This document shows, in pieces, positions 28,630 through 38,338 of a DNA stretch of 64,000 nt; the first letter of the stretch is position 1, and each line of letters begins with the position of its first letter. Source of the DNA: Deltaproteobacteria bacterium (GTDB lineage: Bacteria; Myxococcota_A; Polyangia; Fen-1088). The position numbers and the translations under genes are program-made. The stretch lies in the NCBI GenBank assembly GCA_033763315.1, contig JANRKS010000006.1, forward strand, positions 64,001 through 128,000. The letters run 5' to 3'. The notes below the pieces were generated by a model, which worked only from the letters and a program-made list of their open reading frames with translations, was not told the DNA's origin and ran no database searches.

Positions 28630-30054
28630 CTACCGTTGCGAAGGCCTTTTCCGCCTGAGTGCCAAGAGGCACAAAGTCACCAGGGACAACATGCAAGCCG
28701 GTCCCCCGTTGCGTTGACCTGACGCCACGGCGCAGCCGCTGCTGGCCTTGTTGTCTTCTGTTTTGTCGTCCTCGGCGGGCATCTCGCCCTCAATGGGTAG
28801 GCAAATTTTGTCGTCGCCGTGGTCGCGGCAAGCGAAGCCACTTACACAATCCGCGTTGCCAGTGCACGCTCGCGAGCAGAAGGCTTCTTTGCCGTCGGCT
28901 TCAACGCAAAGGCGTGATTGGCAATCCTCATTTACCGCGCAGCTCTCGCCGTCGGGGCGGATCAGTTGCCCCTCATCATCAGCCATACAGCGTGCGCCGA
29001 TACATCTTTGGTTGTCTTCGCAGTCGGCATCGTTCTGACATTCGGCGGCTGACATGCCCCCCGTGCCGCCTTGGTTGGCACCGTCACTTCCACCTGCTCC
29101 CGCGCCACCTGCACCCGCGCCACCCGCGCCACCGCCACCTGCGGCACCGCCAGCCGCGGTGCCATCGGGGACGTTCACGTTGGAACACGTGTTGTTGGGA
29201 GGAAGACACTGATTTGCGGCGCCTTGTACGGCCGCACAACGAAACCCGGAGGGACAACCAGTGCCGCAGCTTTGGCCACAAAACCGTTCGCCTGTAAGAT
29301 TATTGCGAACGCAAACGCCAGAGGCGCAATCGGCGGCCATCTGGCACGCAGCGCACAGCTGCCCCTTTCCGCTTCCAGATGAGCCACCCGTACCGCCTGT
29401 GTTTTGCCCCGTGCTGCCTCCCGCACCCCCGCCCCCGGGAACGGCAGTGCCTCCGCCGCCAGAGTAGATCTTGCAAATGCCGGCTTCGTCATCTTGATTC
29501 AAGGGCACCACACCTCCTGGGTACTGCGCCCTCATGACGGCACCGCTTGCTGTTGAGTGGCCAAGACCAAGGAAATGGCCGCCTTCGTGCGCAATGATGG
29601 TGAACGCATTCACCTGGCCGCGACCCGCGGGCGTGCCACTTACCCATTTGAAGTTTACGCCGTTCATGAGCATGTGTGCTGTGAGGCAACCACGTGATAA
29701 GCGCGACGTCGTCACTCCGATCGTCCCGTTACCGCTGCTCCAGCTCGATTCGGCCCATGCCACCACGCCATTGCCATTTCCCGGCGCGTCGCTGGTCGTG
29801 CCGCCATACTGAACCTTAAGGCTGGAACACGCGGGCTTTGTCCAAGCCTCCATGCCTGTCTTTAACTCTGTTTCAGTGGTGGCTAAGCCCAGATCCGCCG
29901 AAGGCGTGCCAAGCCGATAGGGCACAGGAGATTGGCAATAGCCGCCGCATGCCGAGGATATGCAGGAGTAAGCCCAGGCGACGTCGGGCGACAGCGCGTA
30001 CGCATAAACGCTGATAGCAACCAACCGCGCACAAAGTCCCAGACGCCATTTCAT
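28630..30054 (-). CDS. Matrixin (M10-like) zinc metalloprotease with Cys-rich repeats and MYXO-CTERM sorting signal
   Basis: HEGGHFLGLGH (HExxHxxGxxH), Met-turn AVM, C..D.DC....C repeats, C-terminal SGCAVA...LLALRRKR. Confidence 0.92.
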   Translation of the reverse strand: MKWRLGLCARLVAISVYAYALSPDVAWAYSCISSACGGYCQSPVPYRLGTPSADLGLATTETELKTGMEAWTKPACSSLKVQYGGTTSDAPGNGNGVVAWAESSWSSGNGTIGVTTSRLSRGCLTAHMLMNGVNFKWVSGTPAGRGQVNAFTIIAHEGGHFLGLGHSTASGAVMRAQYPGGVVPLNQDDEAGICKIYSGGGGTAVPGGGGAGGSTGQNTGGTGGSSGSGKGQLCAACQMAADCASGVCVRNNLTGERFCGQSCGTGCPSGFRCAAVQGAANQCLPPNNTCSNVNVPDGTAAGGAAGGGGAGGAGAGGAGAGGSDGANQGGTGGMSAAECQNDADCEDNQRCIGARCMADDEGQLIRPDGESCAVNEDCQSRLCVEADGKEAFCSRACTGNADCVSGFACRDHGDDKICLPIEGEMPAEDDKTEDNKASSGCAVASGQRNGGPACMLSLVTLCLLALRRKRPSQR

Positions 30055-30692
30055 CGTGGCACCTTCTTTGAAACTTCAGGCTTGAGTTTGAGCTCGCGCA
30101 CCCGGGCCGACAAAGTGGTCAATGCGATCGGTTTCTGGGTCGATGGCGGTCCAACCTCCATGCTTTTGCGTCGCCAACGAGCGATGGAGACGTCGCTCAG
30201 ATCGCGAACGGCCACACGACCACCATCCACCGCATTAGACAGAATCTTATATTTGCCCTGCGACATCTCAAGCGTTCTGAAAAGTCCTTGTTTGTCGGGG
30301 TCGCGCCTCAAGAACACAACCACGCTTTCTCCGCGTTCATAGTGCGGCGCCCCTGCCACCGTGGTCTGCACATCGCCATAGCGACCGCCTGGTTCCCACA
30401 AATGAACCACGCCATTGGCAGGAGCGTCGCCGGCCAAAACTTCGTTGACCTTAATCCACACATGCGTGCGAGGCTCAAGCAACGCTTCCGCAGCGCGTGG
30501 CGAATGCACGCGTGTTCCCGTGCGCATCACGGTGCCCTGAATCACTAGGTCGGCATGCCGAATGAGGTCGTCAAGCGGCAACTCCACCATCACGGTGGCT
30601 TGCGCGGATGTTGCGAATCCCGCAGACAGGCAAAACACGAACAGCAAATGCGCAAGTCGTCGGTAAAGCACATCGAACGGCACGATTGTCAT
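30051..30692 (-). CDS. Secreted protein translationally coupled to the matrixin gene
   Basis: Signal peptide ending AQA; LDDLIRHADLVIQGTV, PGGRYG...VAGAPHY..GE.VVVFL, MSQGKY; ATGA overlap. Confidence 0.8.
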   Translation of the reverse strand: MTIVPFDVLYRRLAHLLFVFCLSAGFATSAQATVMVELPLDDLIRHADLVIQGTVMRTGTRVHSPRAAEALLEPRTHVWIKVNEVLAGDAPANGVVHLWEPGGRYGDVQTTVAGAPHYERGESVVVFLRRDPDKQGLFRTLEMSQGKYKILSNAVDGGRVAVRDLSDVSIARWRRKSMEVGPPSTQKPIALTTLSARVRELKLKPEVSKKVPR

Positions 30693-30700
30693 ATGACCAA

Positions 30701-30728
30701 GGAGACAGGCAGCGGCGATATCGGGTCA
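30701..30728 (-). promoter_or_regulatory. Putative ECF promoter TGACCC-N16-GTCTCC
   Basis: Minus strand TGACCCGATATCGCCGCTGCCTGTCTCC, 8 nt before ATG 30692. Confidence 0.7.
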
Positions 30729-30867
30729 CAATGGCTGCAAGTTTCTTGCGAGCGCTGATCCGTCGAGGCTGAGAGTCCGGGGGCCCAGCGAACGGGCAAA
30801 CAACTTGCCACCCATCCACGCCGCGTGAGGCGCACGACTGCAACGGGTAAATGATTGCTCTAGGCCC

Positions 30868-32019
30868 TCAAAGCACTGGGATCGCGACACCTGCACACCC
30901 AAACGTGATCTCGACTCGTTTGAGTGAACCCTTGCGAGCGGCCTCGCACAAGGCACCGTTAAGAACGATTGAGGTCTTTGCGGCGTTGTATTGCCAGCCG
31001 TCAACGTCCGAGCGAGCAATGCGTTTGCCATCGATGTCGACGGCGACGTCATCGGGCGAAGGGGGCGCTTTGCTCAGGCTAAACGTGCAGCTGCCCACCT
31101 GACCGGCTATCGCCTCTAGTGCCGCGGAAAGTTCTGCTTCGGAGGTCACACTGAAGAATTTGGTGTCTCCGGCCCGCGGCTCGGCGCCGGCCACCGCCAT
31201 CGCGTTTAGAGTTTCAAGCGCCCGGCCGACTTGGCGCTGTGGTGCGATGCCCACCACGAAGGTGTGAAAGCCCTCTTGTGCAGCGTTGCCCACAGCGGCG
31301 ATGGCAGCGGGGATGTCCGTGGAATTGCGGCTTCCGTTGCCGTTGAAGCACGTGGGTTCGCCATCCGTCGCCAGGAGCAGATACTTCGGGTTCTGTGTGG
31401 TCCGACCCTTGAGATAGTTCGTGGCCGCGTTCATGGCGGCCGTCGTTGGCGTGCCATTGTTGTTGCCGGGTGTCGAACGCATCACCGTAGCGTTGATTGC
31501 AGCGTAATTGTTGACGGCGACGTCATGCTCAACTCCGCCTTGCACCCCGCAAGCGGAAGTGGTTGGAAACGTCTTGAGGCCCCACAGAACTCCGGCCTGA
31601 GTCTTGTTGATGGTTCCATCGAGCGCCCGGGTCAACACGGTCCAATTGGTCTCGGCGTTTTGTAGCCTATCGGTGATCATTGAGGTCGATCGATCGAGCA
31701 CGAGCAATAGCTCCGCAGGCAGGCGCTCCAGCGGGAGCTGTTCGAATCCGCAAGTCTTGCCGTCTGCACCCAATGTGGGGTTGCCTTTGCCGGTGGCGCC
31801 GCCAGCGGGCTGTAGAAGCCCTGCGTCGCCAGCGCCTGGCACAGCAAACCCAATTCCTCCTTGGCCGGTGCCGTCTGAGTCCGAACCGCTTTGCGCGCCA
31901 CACGCAATCATGATCGCGCCGAAGAGAGCGGCCATGGCAACGGACGAAACTGTTGGCCTTGGTTCTTGAGTCGTCACGAAAGACCTATCTTTGCTGATTG
32001 CCGGGCTCTTGAAGTGCAT
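30868..32019 (-). CDS. vWA domain lipoprotein (myxobacterial type)
   Basis: Lipobox MIAC; MIDAS LLLVLDRSTSM, GTPT, LLATDGEP, TFVVGI; C-terminal SC.F.L...P domain. Start placed at ATG 32019 from promoter geometry. Confidence 0.88.
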   Translation of the reverse strand: MHFKSPAISKDRSFVTTQEPRPTVSSVAMAALFGAIMIACGAQSGSDSDGTGQGGIGFAVPGAGDAGLLQPAGGATGKGNPTLGADGKTCGFEQLPLERLPAELLLVLDRSTSMITDRLQNAETNWTVLTRALDGTINKTQAGVLWGLKTFPTTSACGVQGGVEHDVAVNNYAAINATVMRSTPGNNNGTPTTAAMNAATNYLKGRTTQNPKYLLLATDGEPTCFNGNGSRNSTDIPAAIAAVGNAAQEGFHTFVVGIAPQRQVGRALETLNAMAVAGAEPRAGDTKFFSVTSEAELSAALEAIAGQVGSCTFSLSKAPPSPDDVAVDIDGKRIARSDVDGWQYNAAKTSIVLNGALCEAARKGSLKRVEITFGCAGVAIPVL

Positions 32020-32027
32020 GAACCCAG

Positions 32028-32055
32028 GGAGACTCCAAACGTGCAAAGTGGGTCA
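32028..32055 (-). promoter_or_regulatory. Putative ECF promoter TGACCC-N16-GTCTCC
   Basis: Minus strand TGACCCACTTTGCACGTTTGGAGTCTCC; first 12 nt identical to the copy before the sigma gene; 8 nt before in-frame ATG 32019. Confidence 0.72.
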
Positions 32056-32210
32056 TAAATTATTTCATCGGCACTCAAGTGCCTGCGTCTGCACGTATGC
32101 GGTCGGCTGTCGTGCGGTGTCGCAATGGCTTTGCGGCTGCCCAATAGCGCTAAGTTAGTGCTACGCTTGCCCTAATTGGCCTCTGTATCTTGCAGTGGGC
32201 GATTGTAACC

Positions 32211-33059
32211 GTGACCTTCTTGTACGCCGATCCTTTCACGCCGCGAAAGCCCTGGCCGTTTCGTGCAACTCTTGTGCTGTGGGCGATGGCCCTGCTGTCT
32301 GCTTGTGGCGACGACACGCGTATCCTTGCCGAACGGGAGCTACCGGACGCGCCCACGTGTGACGAAAGGTCACGCCCCGATGATGTTATGCTTCTTCGCT
32401 TCGAGGAGTCCACGGGTGCCAAAACTGTGGTCGATGCGCGGGGCGCACACCCTGGCACAGTCAGGGCCGGTGGCGTGGTGTCTGTTTCAGGGCCAAGTGC
32501 CTGTGGTGCCGCCATGCTGTTCGAGCCTGGGCCTGGCGGCTTTCCTCTGATCGAGGTTCCTCATCACCCAGACTTTAACTTGGCGTCAGGCTCGCTTCGT
32601 TTTTGGCTGCGCCTTCCAGCCGGCCAGCAGCGTACCCGCATCGGGATTGTAAGTCGTGATGCCTTCCGTGAGATGCGGCCTGGGCACCTCACAGTGTACT
32701 GGGTAGAATCGGGCCATCTTGTGGTGCGCTTGCAGGGCGCCACGCAGGTTGGTGGCCGCTGTTCAGATGTACCGCTGGCGCGCGACGTTTGGACAAACGT
32801 AGGAATCAATTTCGGCCCTCTGGGATTTCAGCTTTTCGTAAATGGCGTCGAGCAGACGGCTGCGCCGCCCGATATTTTCGTTCCCACGAGCTCCTGTGGC
32901 ACCAACACCACGGACGGCATTGATGGCAATGAAAACCCCTGGGTCATAGGTGCCAATGCCGACGGCTCTGACGAGGGCTCAGCCGATCCTGTGGAGGGGT
33001 TCGCGCAGGGCGTGGCGATCGATAACTTCCGTCTCAGTGGCATGCGACTGCCACGCTGA
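32211..33059 (+). CDS. LamG/concanavalin A-like domain lipoprotein
   Basis: Lipobox LSAC; LLRFEE, GHLTV, WTNVGINFGPLGFQLFVNG, GNENPWVIGA, IDNFRLS. Start uncertain (32190 or 32211). Confidence 0.82.
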   Translation: MTFLYADPFTPRKPWPFRATLVLWAMALLSACGDDTRILAERELPDAPTCDERSRPDDVMLLRFEESTGAKTVVDARGAHPGTVRAGGVVSVSGPSACGAAMLFEPGPGGFPLIEVPHHPDFNLASGSLRFWLRLPAGQQRTRIGIVSRDAFREMRPGHLTVYWVESGHLVVRLQGATQVGGRCSDVPLARDVWTNVGINFGPLGFQLFVNGVEQTAAPPDIFVPTSSCGTNTTDGIDGNENPWVIGANADGSDEGSADPVEGFAQGVAIDNFRLSGMRLPR

Positions 33060-33168
33060 GGCATCCGTCGCCTCAACGGGCCCGCACGTGAGAGGCTTTC
33101 AGGTGCGCCTTTCAGTTGAGGAGGATCAACTGACGGTGCATATCGCTTCGGGTTCCACTCGAGTAACC

Positions 33169-34581
33169 ATGCACATCCTCGCACCTGACTTTCGCATACG
33201 CCTGTTCAGCCGCGTTCCACTAAGCGTTGTCTTCGCCGCCACAATGCTCTGGGCTTGCGGCTCTCCCACGTCGCGAGAAGACAACACGGGCAGCGACAAG
33301 GCGGACGCCAGTGGCGACGCCGCAAGCTCTTCGGGGAGCAAAGGTGGTGCAGGGGGGGCAAATGGCATCGGCGGCAAAGGGGGCAGCGTGAGCACAGGTG
33401 GCAGCGTGGGATCGGGGGGCAGTGTGAGCACGGGCGGCAGCGTGGGATCGGGGGGCAGTGTGAGCACAGGCGGCAGCGTGGGATCGGGGGGCAGCGTGGG
33501 CACAGGGGGCGCAACGCAATCTCTTCCTACGATCTCGATCAGCCAACCCGCCAACGGAGCCAAAGTCGCCAGCGCGCGCGCTCTCGACGTTGTTGTGTCA
33601 GCCAGCGTTGCGGCACCAGCTCAGATAGCCAAAGTGGAGATCCTTGAGGGCACAACGATCCTGGGAGTGTCAACAACGGCACCGTTCACCGTTACACTAC
33701 CAACGTTGACGGCGGGAATGCGTACGCTGGTGGCCCGAGCTGTCACAGGCGGCAATGCAATGGCGAGCTCAACGCCCGTATCCATTACGGTGGTTGCGCC
33801 ACCCACGGTTTCGATCACACAGCCCGTAGCAAACGCGAACTTACCGGCTGGGGTGCCCGTCACCCTGCAGGCCGTGGCTGCTTCGGCGATGGACACCATC
33901 ACCAAGGTGGAGTTCTTCGATGGCGCAACGTCGCTCGGTGAAGTGAAGACGTCGCCTTACACCCGGGCCAATGTGAATTTGATGTCAGGTGGCCGCGAGC
34001 TCTATGCGGTGGCCTATGACAGTCTCTCGCAGTCAACGAAATCCATGGCCGTAAACGTTTTGGTCGGCGTGGCCTCCGGTGCCTTTGTGGAGCAGGGCGG
34101 TCGCGTGGTTTTCGAGGCCGAGGATTTCACGACAGCGAACGCCAACGGTGATTTGGACTGGGCTGTACAATCAACGGATGCAGGCTTCTTGGGCAAAGGC
34201 TATGTGGTGGTGGCCACGCCTAACTTCAACGTCAAAGCTAACAACAACGCCACCGAGCCATCCGCAGAACTCAGTTATGCGCTTTCTTTATCCGGAACAG
34301 GCACTTATCACGTCTACGCGCGTCGACGCTTCGAAACCAACGGAGGCGATTCACTATACTTTCGGCTCAACAACGGGACGAATGCGCTTGTAACCAGCAA
34401 TAGCCTGGGCCCCAATTTCGTGTGGGCGTATTTCGGCACCATTGAGGCTACAGCCTCCGGCAACAACACTTTCACGCTCAAGCGACGCGAGTCAAACGCC
34501 AAGATCGATCGCCTCGTCATCGACAAGGTGATGCAGCTGCCGACAGGCGATGGTCCACCCGTCAGCGCACGGGCACCTTAG
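33169..34581 (+). CDS. Lipoprotein with two bacterial Ig-like domains and a CBM-like C-terminal domain
   Basis: Lipobox LWAC; PTISISQPANG / PTVSITQP, ITKVEFFDG, then VVFEAEDF...GTYHVYAR...DSLY...IDRL. Confidence 0.82.
   Translation: MHILAPDFRIRLFSRVPLSVVFAATMLWACGSPTSREDNTGSDKADASGDAASSSGSKGGAGGANGIGGKGGSVSTGGSVGSGGSVSTGGSVGSGGSVSTGGSVGSGGSVGTGGATQSLPTISISQPANGAKVASARALDVVVSASVAAPAQIAKVEILEGTTILGVSTTAPFTVTLPTLTAGMRTLVARAVTGGNAMASSTPVSITVVAPPTVSITQPVANANLPAGVPVTLQAVAASAMDTITKVEFFDGATSLGEVKTSPYTRANVNLMSGGRELYAVAYDSLSQSTKSMAVNVLVGVASGAFVEQGGRVVFEAEDFTTANANGDLDWAVQSTDAGFLGKGYVVVATPNFNVKANNNATEPSAELSYALSLSGTGTYHVYARRRFETNGGDSLYFRLNNGTNALVTSNSLGPNFVWAYFGTIEATASGNNTFTLKRRESNAKIDRLVIDKVMQLPTGDGPPVSARAP
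33379..33510 (+). repeat. 36-bp tandem repeat (about 3.7 copies) encoding GGSVSTGGSVGS
   Basis: Unit GGGGGCAGYGTGAGCACRGGYGGCAGCGTGGGATCG at 33379, 33415, 33451 and a partial copy at 33487. Confidence 0.92.
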
Positions 34582-34592
34582 AGAACCCGCGT

Positions 34593-36074
34593 CTATGCGC
34601 GCTTCTTGATCCAGTCGCGGACGGCATTGCCGAAGGCTTCGGCATTCTTGGCTTGCAGTTCTTTCCACTCGCGCCCACACCAAAGCCCGTCAGCGCCTGC
34701 CTTAAGGGCTTTGGTGGCGGCATCGTACACTTGCTTAGGCTGCACATCGCAGTTGTAGCCGGGCATGTCGAATCCGGGACGCACATAAACCTTCGCTTTG
34801 CCCGCCACCGCTTGCACGGCGCGCCGGCTTTCACGATAGACGTAGTCCGCGCTGAAGGCCGTGTCGTGCTTCCGATGCTGGTCGAGTGTGGGCTCAACCT
34901 TTGGATCGTAGCCCAGCATGCTGAGGTACATGGGATACGACAACGACTCGGGCGCATCGCCGAAGAGGATGCTTTGGTAGTTGCGTTCGTAGTGCCCCTG
35001 GGACCGGCGACCCATGCTGTCGAAATACACGGCGACGCTTAGCCAGTCTGAATGCTCAGCCATCTCGGCGTAGTTCCATGTGGCGCGCATAAATAAGTCC
35101 CAGGTCATCCCGTGATCGATGTGCCAGCCCACCTGCACCTTCGGATTGATCCGTTTGATCTGGCGAAAGATTCGTTTGCGCTGTGCCTCGCGCGAATCCA
35201 TCCACAGACGCTCCCAAGCCAGCACTTCGGGGTAATTGGTCAAAACCCGCAAGAACGAAACGAAGTTGCCATCAATGGGGCGATGACCTGCACGAATGTC
35301 TGCTCCCAACTTCTGTAAGGCTTTGAGCCCCTGTTTTGCTCGTTTCGCATCAATGTGCCGTTGCCGGGCGAGGGCTACGCAATCGGAGCAAAAGCATGTG
35401 GCAGCCGTCTCTTTGCCAAGCGTGCCCAACAGCGGTGCTGCGCGTTCCTGGCCAAACTTGAATCCATCGAGCGCTTGGTGCCCACGAACCAGGTCGTTGA
35501 TCACCGATTCCCAGTAGCGGATGTAGCCCGGTTTATTGAAGCATAGTTGATTGGTCTTGTGACCATCCGCGTCCGTCTGAGCAAACGCCTCGAAGCCGGG
35601 GATGGCACCAGTGATGACGTAAGGTTCAAGGATACGCGCATAGACCTGCATGCGGCGCGGCTTCGCTGCTTCAACCAATTCATCCAGGATGTCGCGATCG
35701 GCATAAAGGGTCGCGGGATCTTTGCCGACGAAGGCCGGGTTCGCGTAGTACTTCGCGTTGGTCTTCACCCACACTTCGGTGAGCGCGCGACCGGTCTTGT
35801 CACGCGCCACGGCTTGCTTGGGGCGATACTGGCGCGCCGTGTGCGTATGCGTGAACGTCATGACGGTGTTGATGCCAACCTGCGTCTGCATTGCGTCCAA
35901 AGCGTTGGCAATCCCGGTTTCGTACATGTCCGCGGGTTCCACCAACGCGCCCACGAACAACCTGTTGGCAGGCGGGGCGGCCGCGCGGGCCAGGCGGGGT
36001 CCCAGCGAAAGGGCGGCCATTGCAGACACAGACTGCCGAAGAAGTTGTCGGCGTCCCGGATTGTGGGAGGTCAT
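34593..36074 (-). CDS. Tat-secreted putative TIM-barrel glycoside hydrolase-like protein
   Basis: GRRQLLRQ Tat signal, RBS GAGGTG; DILDELVEAA, LCFNKP, LDG, CFCSDC patterns typical of GHL/GH-A-like proteins. Family not assignable by eye. Confidence 0.65.
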   Translation of the reverse strand: MTSHNPGRRQLLRQSVSAMAALSLGPRLARAAAPPANRLFVGALVEPADMYETGIANALDAMQTQVGINTVMTFTHTHTARQYRPKQAVARDKTGRALTEVWVKTNAKYYANPAFVGKDPATLYADRDILDELVEAAKPRRMQVYARILEPYVITGAIPGFEAFAQTDADGHKTNQLCFNKPGYIRYWESVINDLVRGHQALDGFKFGQERAAPLLGTLGKETAATCFCSDCVALARQRHIDAKRAKQGLKALQKLGADIRAGHRPIDGNFVSFLRVLTNYPEVLAWERLWMDSREAQRKRIFRQIKRINPKVQVGWHIDHGMTWDLFMRATWNYAEMAEHSDWLSVAVYFDSMGRRSQGHYERNYQSILFGDAPESLSYPMYLSMLGYDPKVEPTLDQHRKHDTAFSADYVYRESRRAVQAVAGKAKVYVRPGFDMPGYNCDVQPKQVYDAATKALKAGADGLWCGREWKELQAKNAEAFGNAVRDWIKKRA

Positions 36075-36220
36075 CACCTCGATCCTACCTACAGCGGTTG
36101 GAACAATGGTTGACACACCTCAATGTAAATCCGGAAGCGGGCGGGGGACCGGGTGCCGCCTGGCATTCGGTTGACAGTCGTCAATTACCCTGGCCGCGGT
36201 GGCCGGCCAAATCTTGGGCA

Positions 36221-38338
36221 GTGGCACGCAAGGCCTTCTGTATCGTGGCTGCCCGACTTTTCGCACTGGCGGCGGTTCTCACGTTAGGTGGCACAGCGGG
36301 CGCAGCGCCGCTGCTGCCCTACGAGGTCCACACAAAACCTCTGGTCAGCCTCTACTGCAGTAAGTGTCACGGCGCGGGCGAAAAGACTCGTGGTGACATT
36401 GACCTGCACCGCTTCGCGCGCACCGAGGACGTGCTGGCCGATGCGGCCGTTATCAAGCGGGTGCTCTCCGCACTAGAGACGCACGACATGCCGCCTGAAG
36501 ACGAGCCGGCGCCAACAAAGGTGGAACACGAGGCCCTGCGGTCATGGTTTGCTAGCGCTCTGGCCAAGCTTGCAGCGGATAGACCCAATCCCGGGAAGCC
36601 CTTGTTGCGGCGGCTGACGGCGCTTGAGTACAACAACGCGGTTCGTGATCTGTTGGGGCTTTCGCACGACGTGTTCCCGTTGCGAAATAGAATTCGCTAC
36701 AAGCGGGACTACTTCGATACCCAAACGCAGCGCATCGCCGACGAACTGCTGCTGACCACATACGACAACAGCCGGGATTATCTGCTGCCAGGGGCAGGGT
36801 TGCCACCTGAGCGACGTGCGAAGCATGGCTTTTCTCGCCAAGGCGAAGCGATGTCGTTCTCGCCGTTGTTGCTTGAGAAGTTTGTCGCTGTGGCCCAGGA
36901 GGTCGTGTACAGCGAGCGGTTGCTTGCCGAAAAAAGCCCCATTCTTGCGGCGTTGTTTTTGCCGCCACCCAAGGCTCACGCAATCACCGAAATACAACAC
37001 CGGTTGCTTGCGTTCGTTGATCGCGCCTTTCGCGGCCAGGGCGGTCGCGCAGAGTATCTGCGGTATGTGAGGCCCGCTCAGAATGCCCTTCGGCGGGGCG
37101 TCTCGTTTGAGGAGAGTGTAAAGCGGGCGCTGGTGGGCATCTTGTCGTCGCCACGCTTCTTGTTGGTTGCCGAGCAACAAGGCACTCCGGGCGTTCGGCC
37201 GCTCACCGGACCCGAGCTCGCCACACGGCTCGCCCTATTCTTATGGTCCAGCTTGCCCGACGAAGCGCTCATGAAGGCCGCGCGTGACGGCGAGCTTTGC
37301 ACCGATGAAGGTCTTCGTTTTCACGTGGCGCGCATGCTCCGCGATCCAAAGGCTGTAGCGCTTTCCGATGCGTTTGGCGTCGAATGGATGCAGCTTGACA
37401 AGCTGGCCAGTGCGCATCCCGATGAACTTCTGTTCCCCACTTATTTCTATGGCGTTGGCAACACCCGCAGCCTGGGCGAACAGATGGCAATCGAGGCAAC
37501 GTTGCTATTCGATTCTGTGTTGCTCGAAAACCGGCCCCTGTCCACGTTCGTGGACGCACCAGATCTGTTCTTGGACCGACAGCTCACGAAGCACTACGGG
37601 TATTTTCAGAACTTTCGCACGTCATTTCGGGCCGCTCGTCGCCACTTCGCCGTCGAGCTCGATAAAAAGCGGGGTGACGAATTACGCGAAATTTGGCTGC
37701 GCGTGAAGGCACCCGATCGGGTGCGCGGTGGCCTCCTGACCAGCGGCGCCGTTCTTACGCTGACCTCCATGCCTAAACGCACAAGCCCGGTGTACCGAGG
37801 CCTTTGGATGCTGGAGGCGCTGTTTAACCGCCCGCCGCCTCCACCCAATGTGGTTGTGCCGCCGCTCGACGCCGCTGCAAAGGCGGGCCAGGTGGTTTCG
37901 GTTCGACAGCAGCTTGAACGGCACCGTGCGGATCCTTCGTGTGCGGCGTGCCATGATCGCATCGATCCCTTGGGGTTCGCCTTGGCGAACTTCGACGGTG
38001 TGGGCCGCTACGTCACCACAGAGGCGGGCATGCGCGTGGATTCAAGTGGCAAGTTACTTGATGGTCGCCACTTCCGCGGGCCCGAAGACTTCAAAAACTT
38101 GCTGGTGCACGATCTCGCTCCGTTCGCGCGAGGCTTCATCGAACACCTGTTGTCTTTCGCCACGTGCCGGCCGTTGAGTGCGATCGATGATGTGGTGGTC
38201 AGGCAGATTGCGGAGGCAACGGCGGCGCAGGGATATCGCTTTCACGATGTGGTGCAGGCGATCGTGCAGAGTACGCCGTTCCGTTTCACCAGCACATCCC
38301 CTTCGTCCTCCTCTCACAGCGGGGTCGCCCAACAATGA
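36221..38338 (+). CDS. DUF1592/DUF1588 family protein with N-terminal Planctomycete-type cytochrome c (two CxxCH), pair 4
   Basis: YCSKCHG...MPP, LRRLTALEYNNAVRDLL, ELATRLALFLWSSLPD, RGGLLT, RTSPVYRG, CAACH. Start moved to GTG 36221. Confidence 0.9.
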   Translation: MARKAFCIVAARLFALAAVLTLGGTAGAAPLLPYEVHTKPLVSLYCSKCHGAGEKTRGDIDLHRFARTEDVLADAAVIKRVLSALETHDMPPEDEPAPTKVEHEALRSWFASALAKLAADRPNPGKPLLRRLTALEYNNAVRDLLGLSHDVFPLRNRIRYKRDYFDTQTQRIADELLLTTYDNSRDYLLPGAGLPPERRAKHGFSRQGEAMSFSPLLLEKFVAVAQEVVYSERLLAEKSPILAALFLPPPKAHAITEIQHRLLAFVDRAFRGQGGRAEYLRYVRPAQNALRRGVSFEESVKRALVGILSSPRFLLVAEQQGTPGVRPLTGPELATRLALFLWSSLPDEALMKAARDGELCTDEGLRFHVARMLRDPKAVALSDAFGVEWMQLDKLASAHPDELLFPTYFYGVGNTRSLGEQMAIEATLLFDSVLLENRPLSTFVDAPDLFLDRQLTKHYGYFQNFRTSFRAARRHFAVELDKKRGDELREIWLRVKAPDRVRGGLLTSGAVLTLTSMPKRTSPVYRGLWMLEALFNRPPPPPNVVVPPLDAAAKAGQVVSVRQQLERHRADPSCAACHDRIDPLGFALANFDGVGRYVTTEAGMRVDSSGKLLDGRHFRGPEDFKNLLVHDLAPFARGFIEHLLSFATCRPLSAIDDVVVRQIAEATAAQGYRFHDVVQAIVQSTPFRFTSTSPSSSSHSGVAQQ

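Noticed and set aside
30868-32019. Assigning the vWA lipoprotein as gliding adhesin CglB
   Set aside because: vWA lipoproteins are numerous in myxobacteria and no glt/agl context is present.
35891-36220. Long N-terminal extensions in the ORF track (also 55890-56291, 57721-58029, 32950-33168, 61049-61177)
   Set aside because: They overlap real neighbouring genes and lack family similarity; starts were moved downstream.
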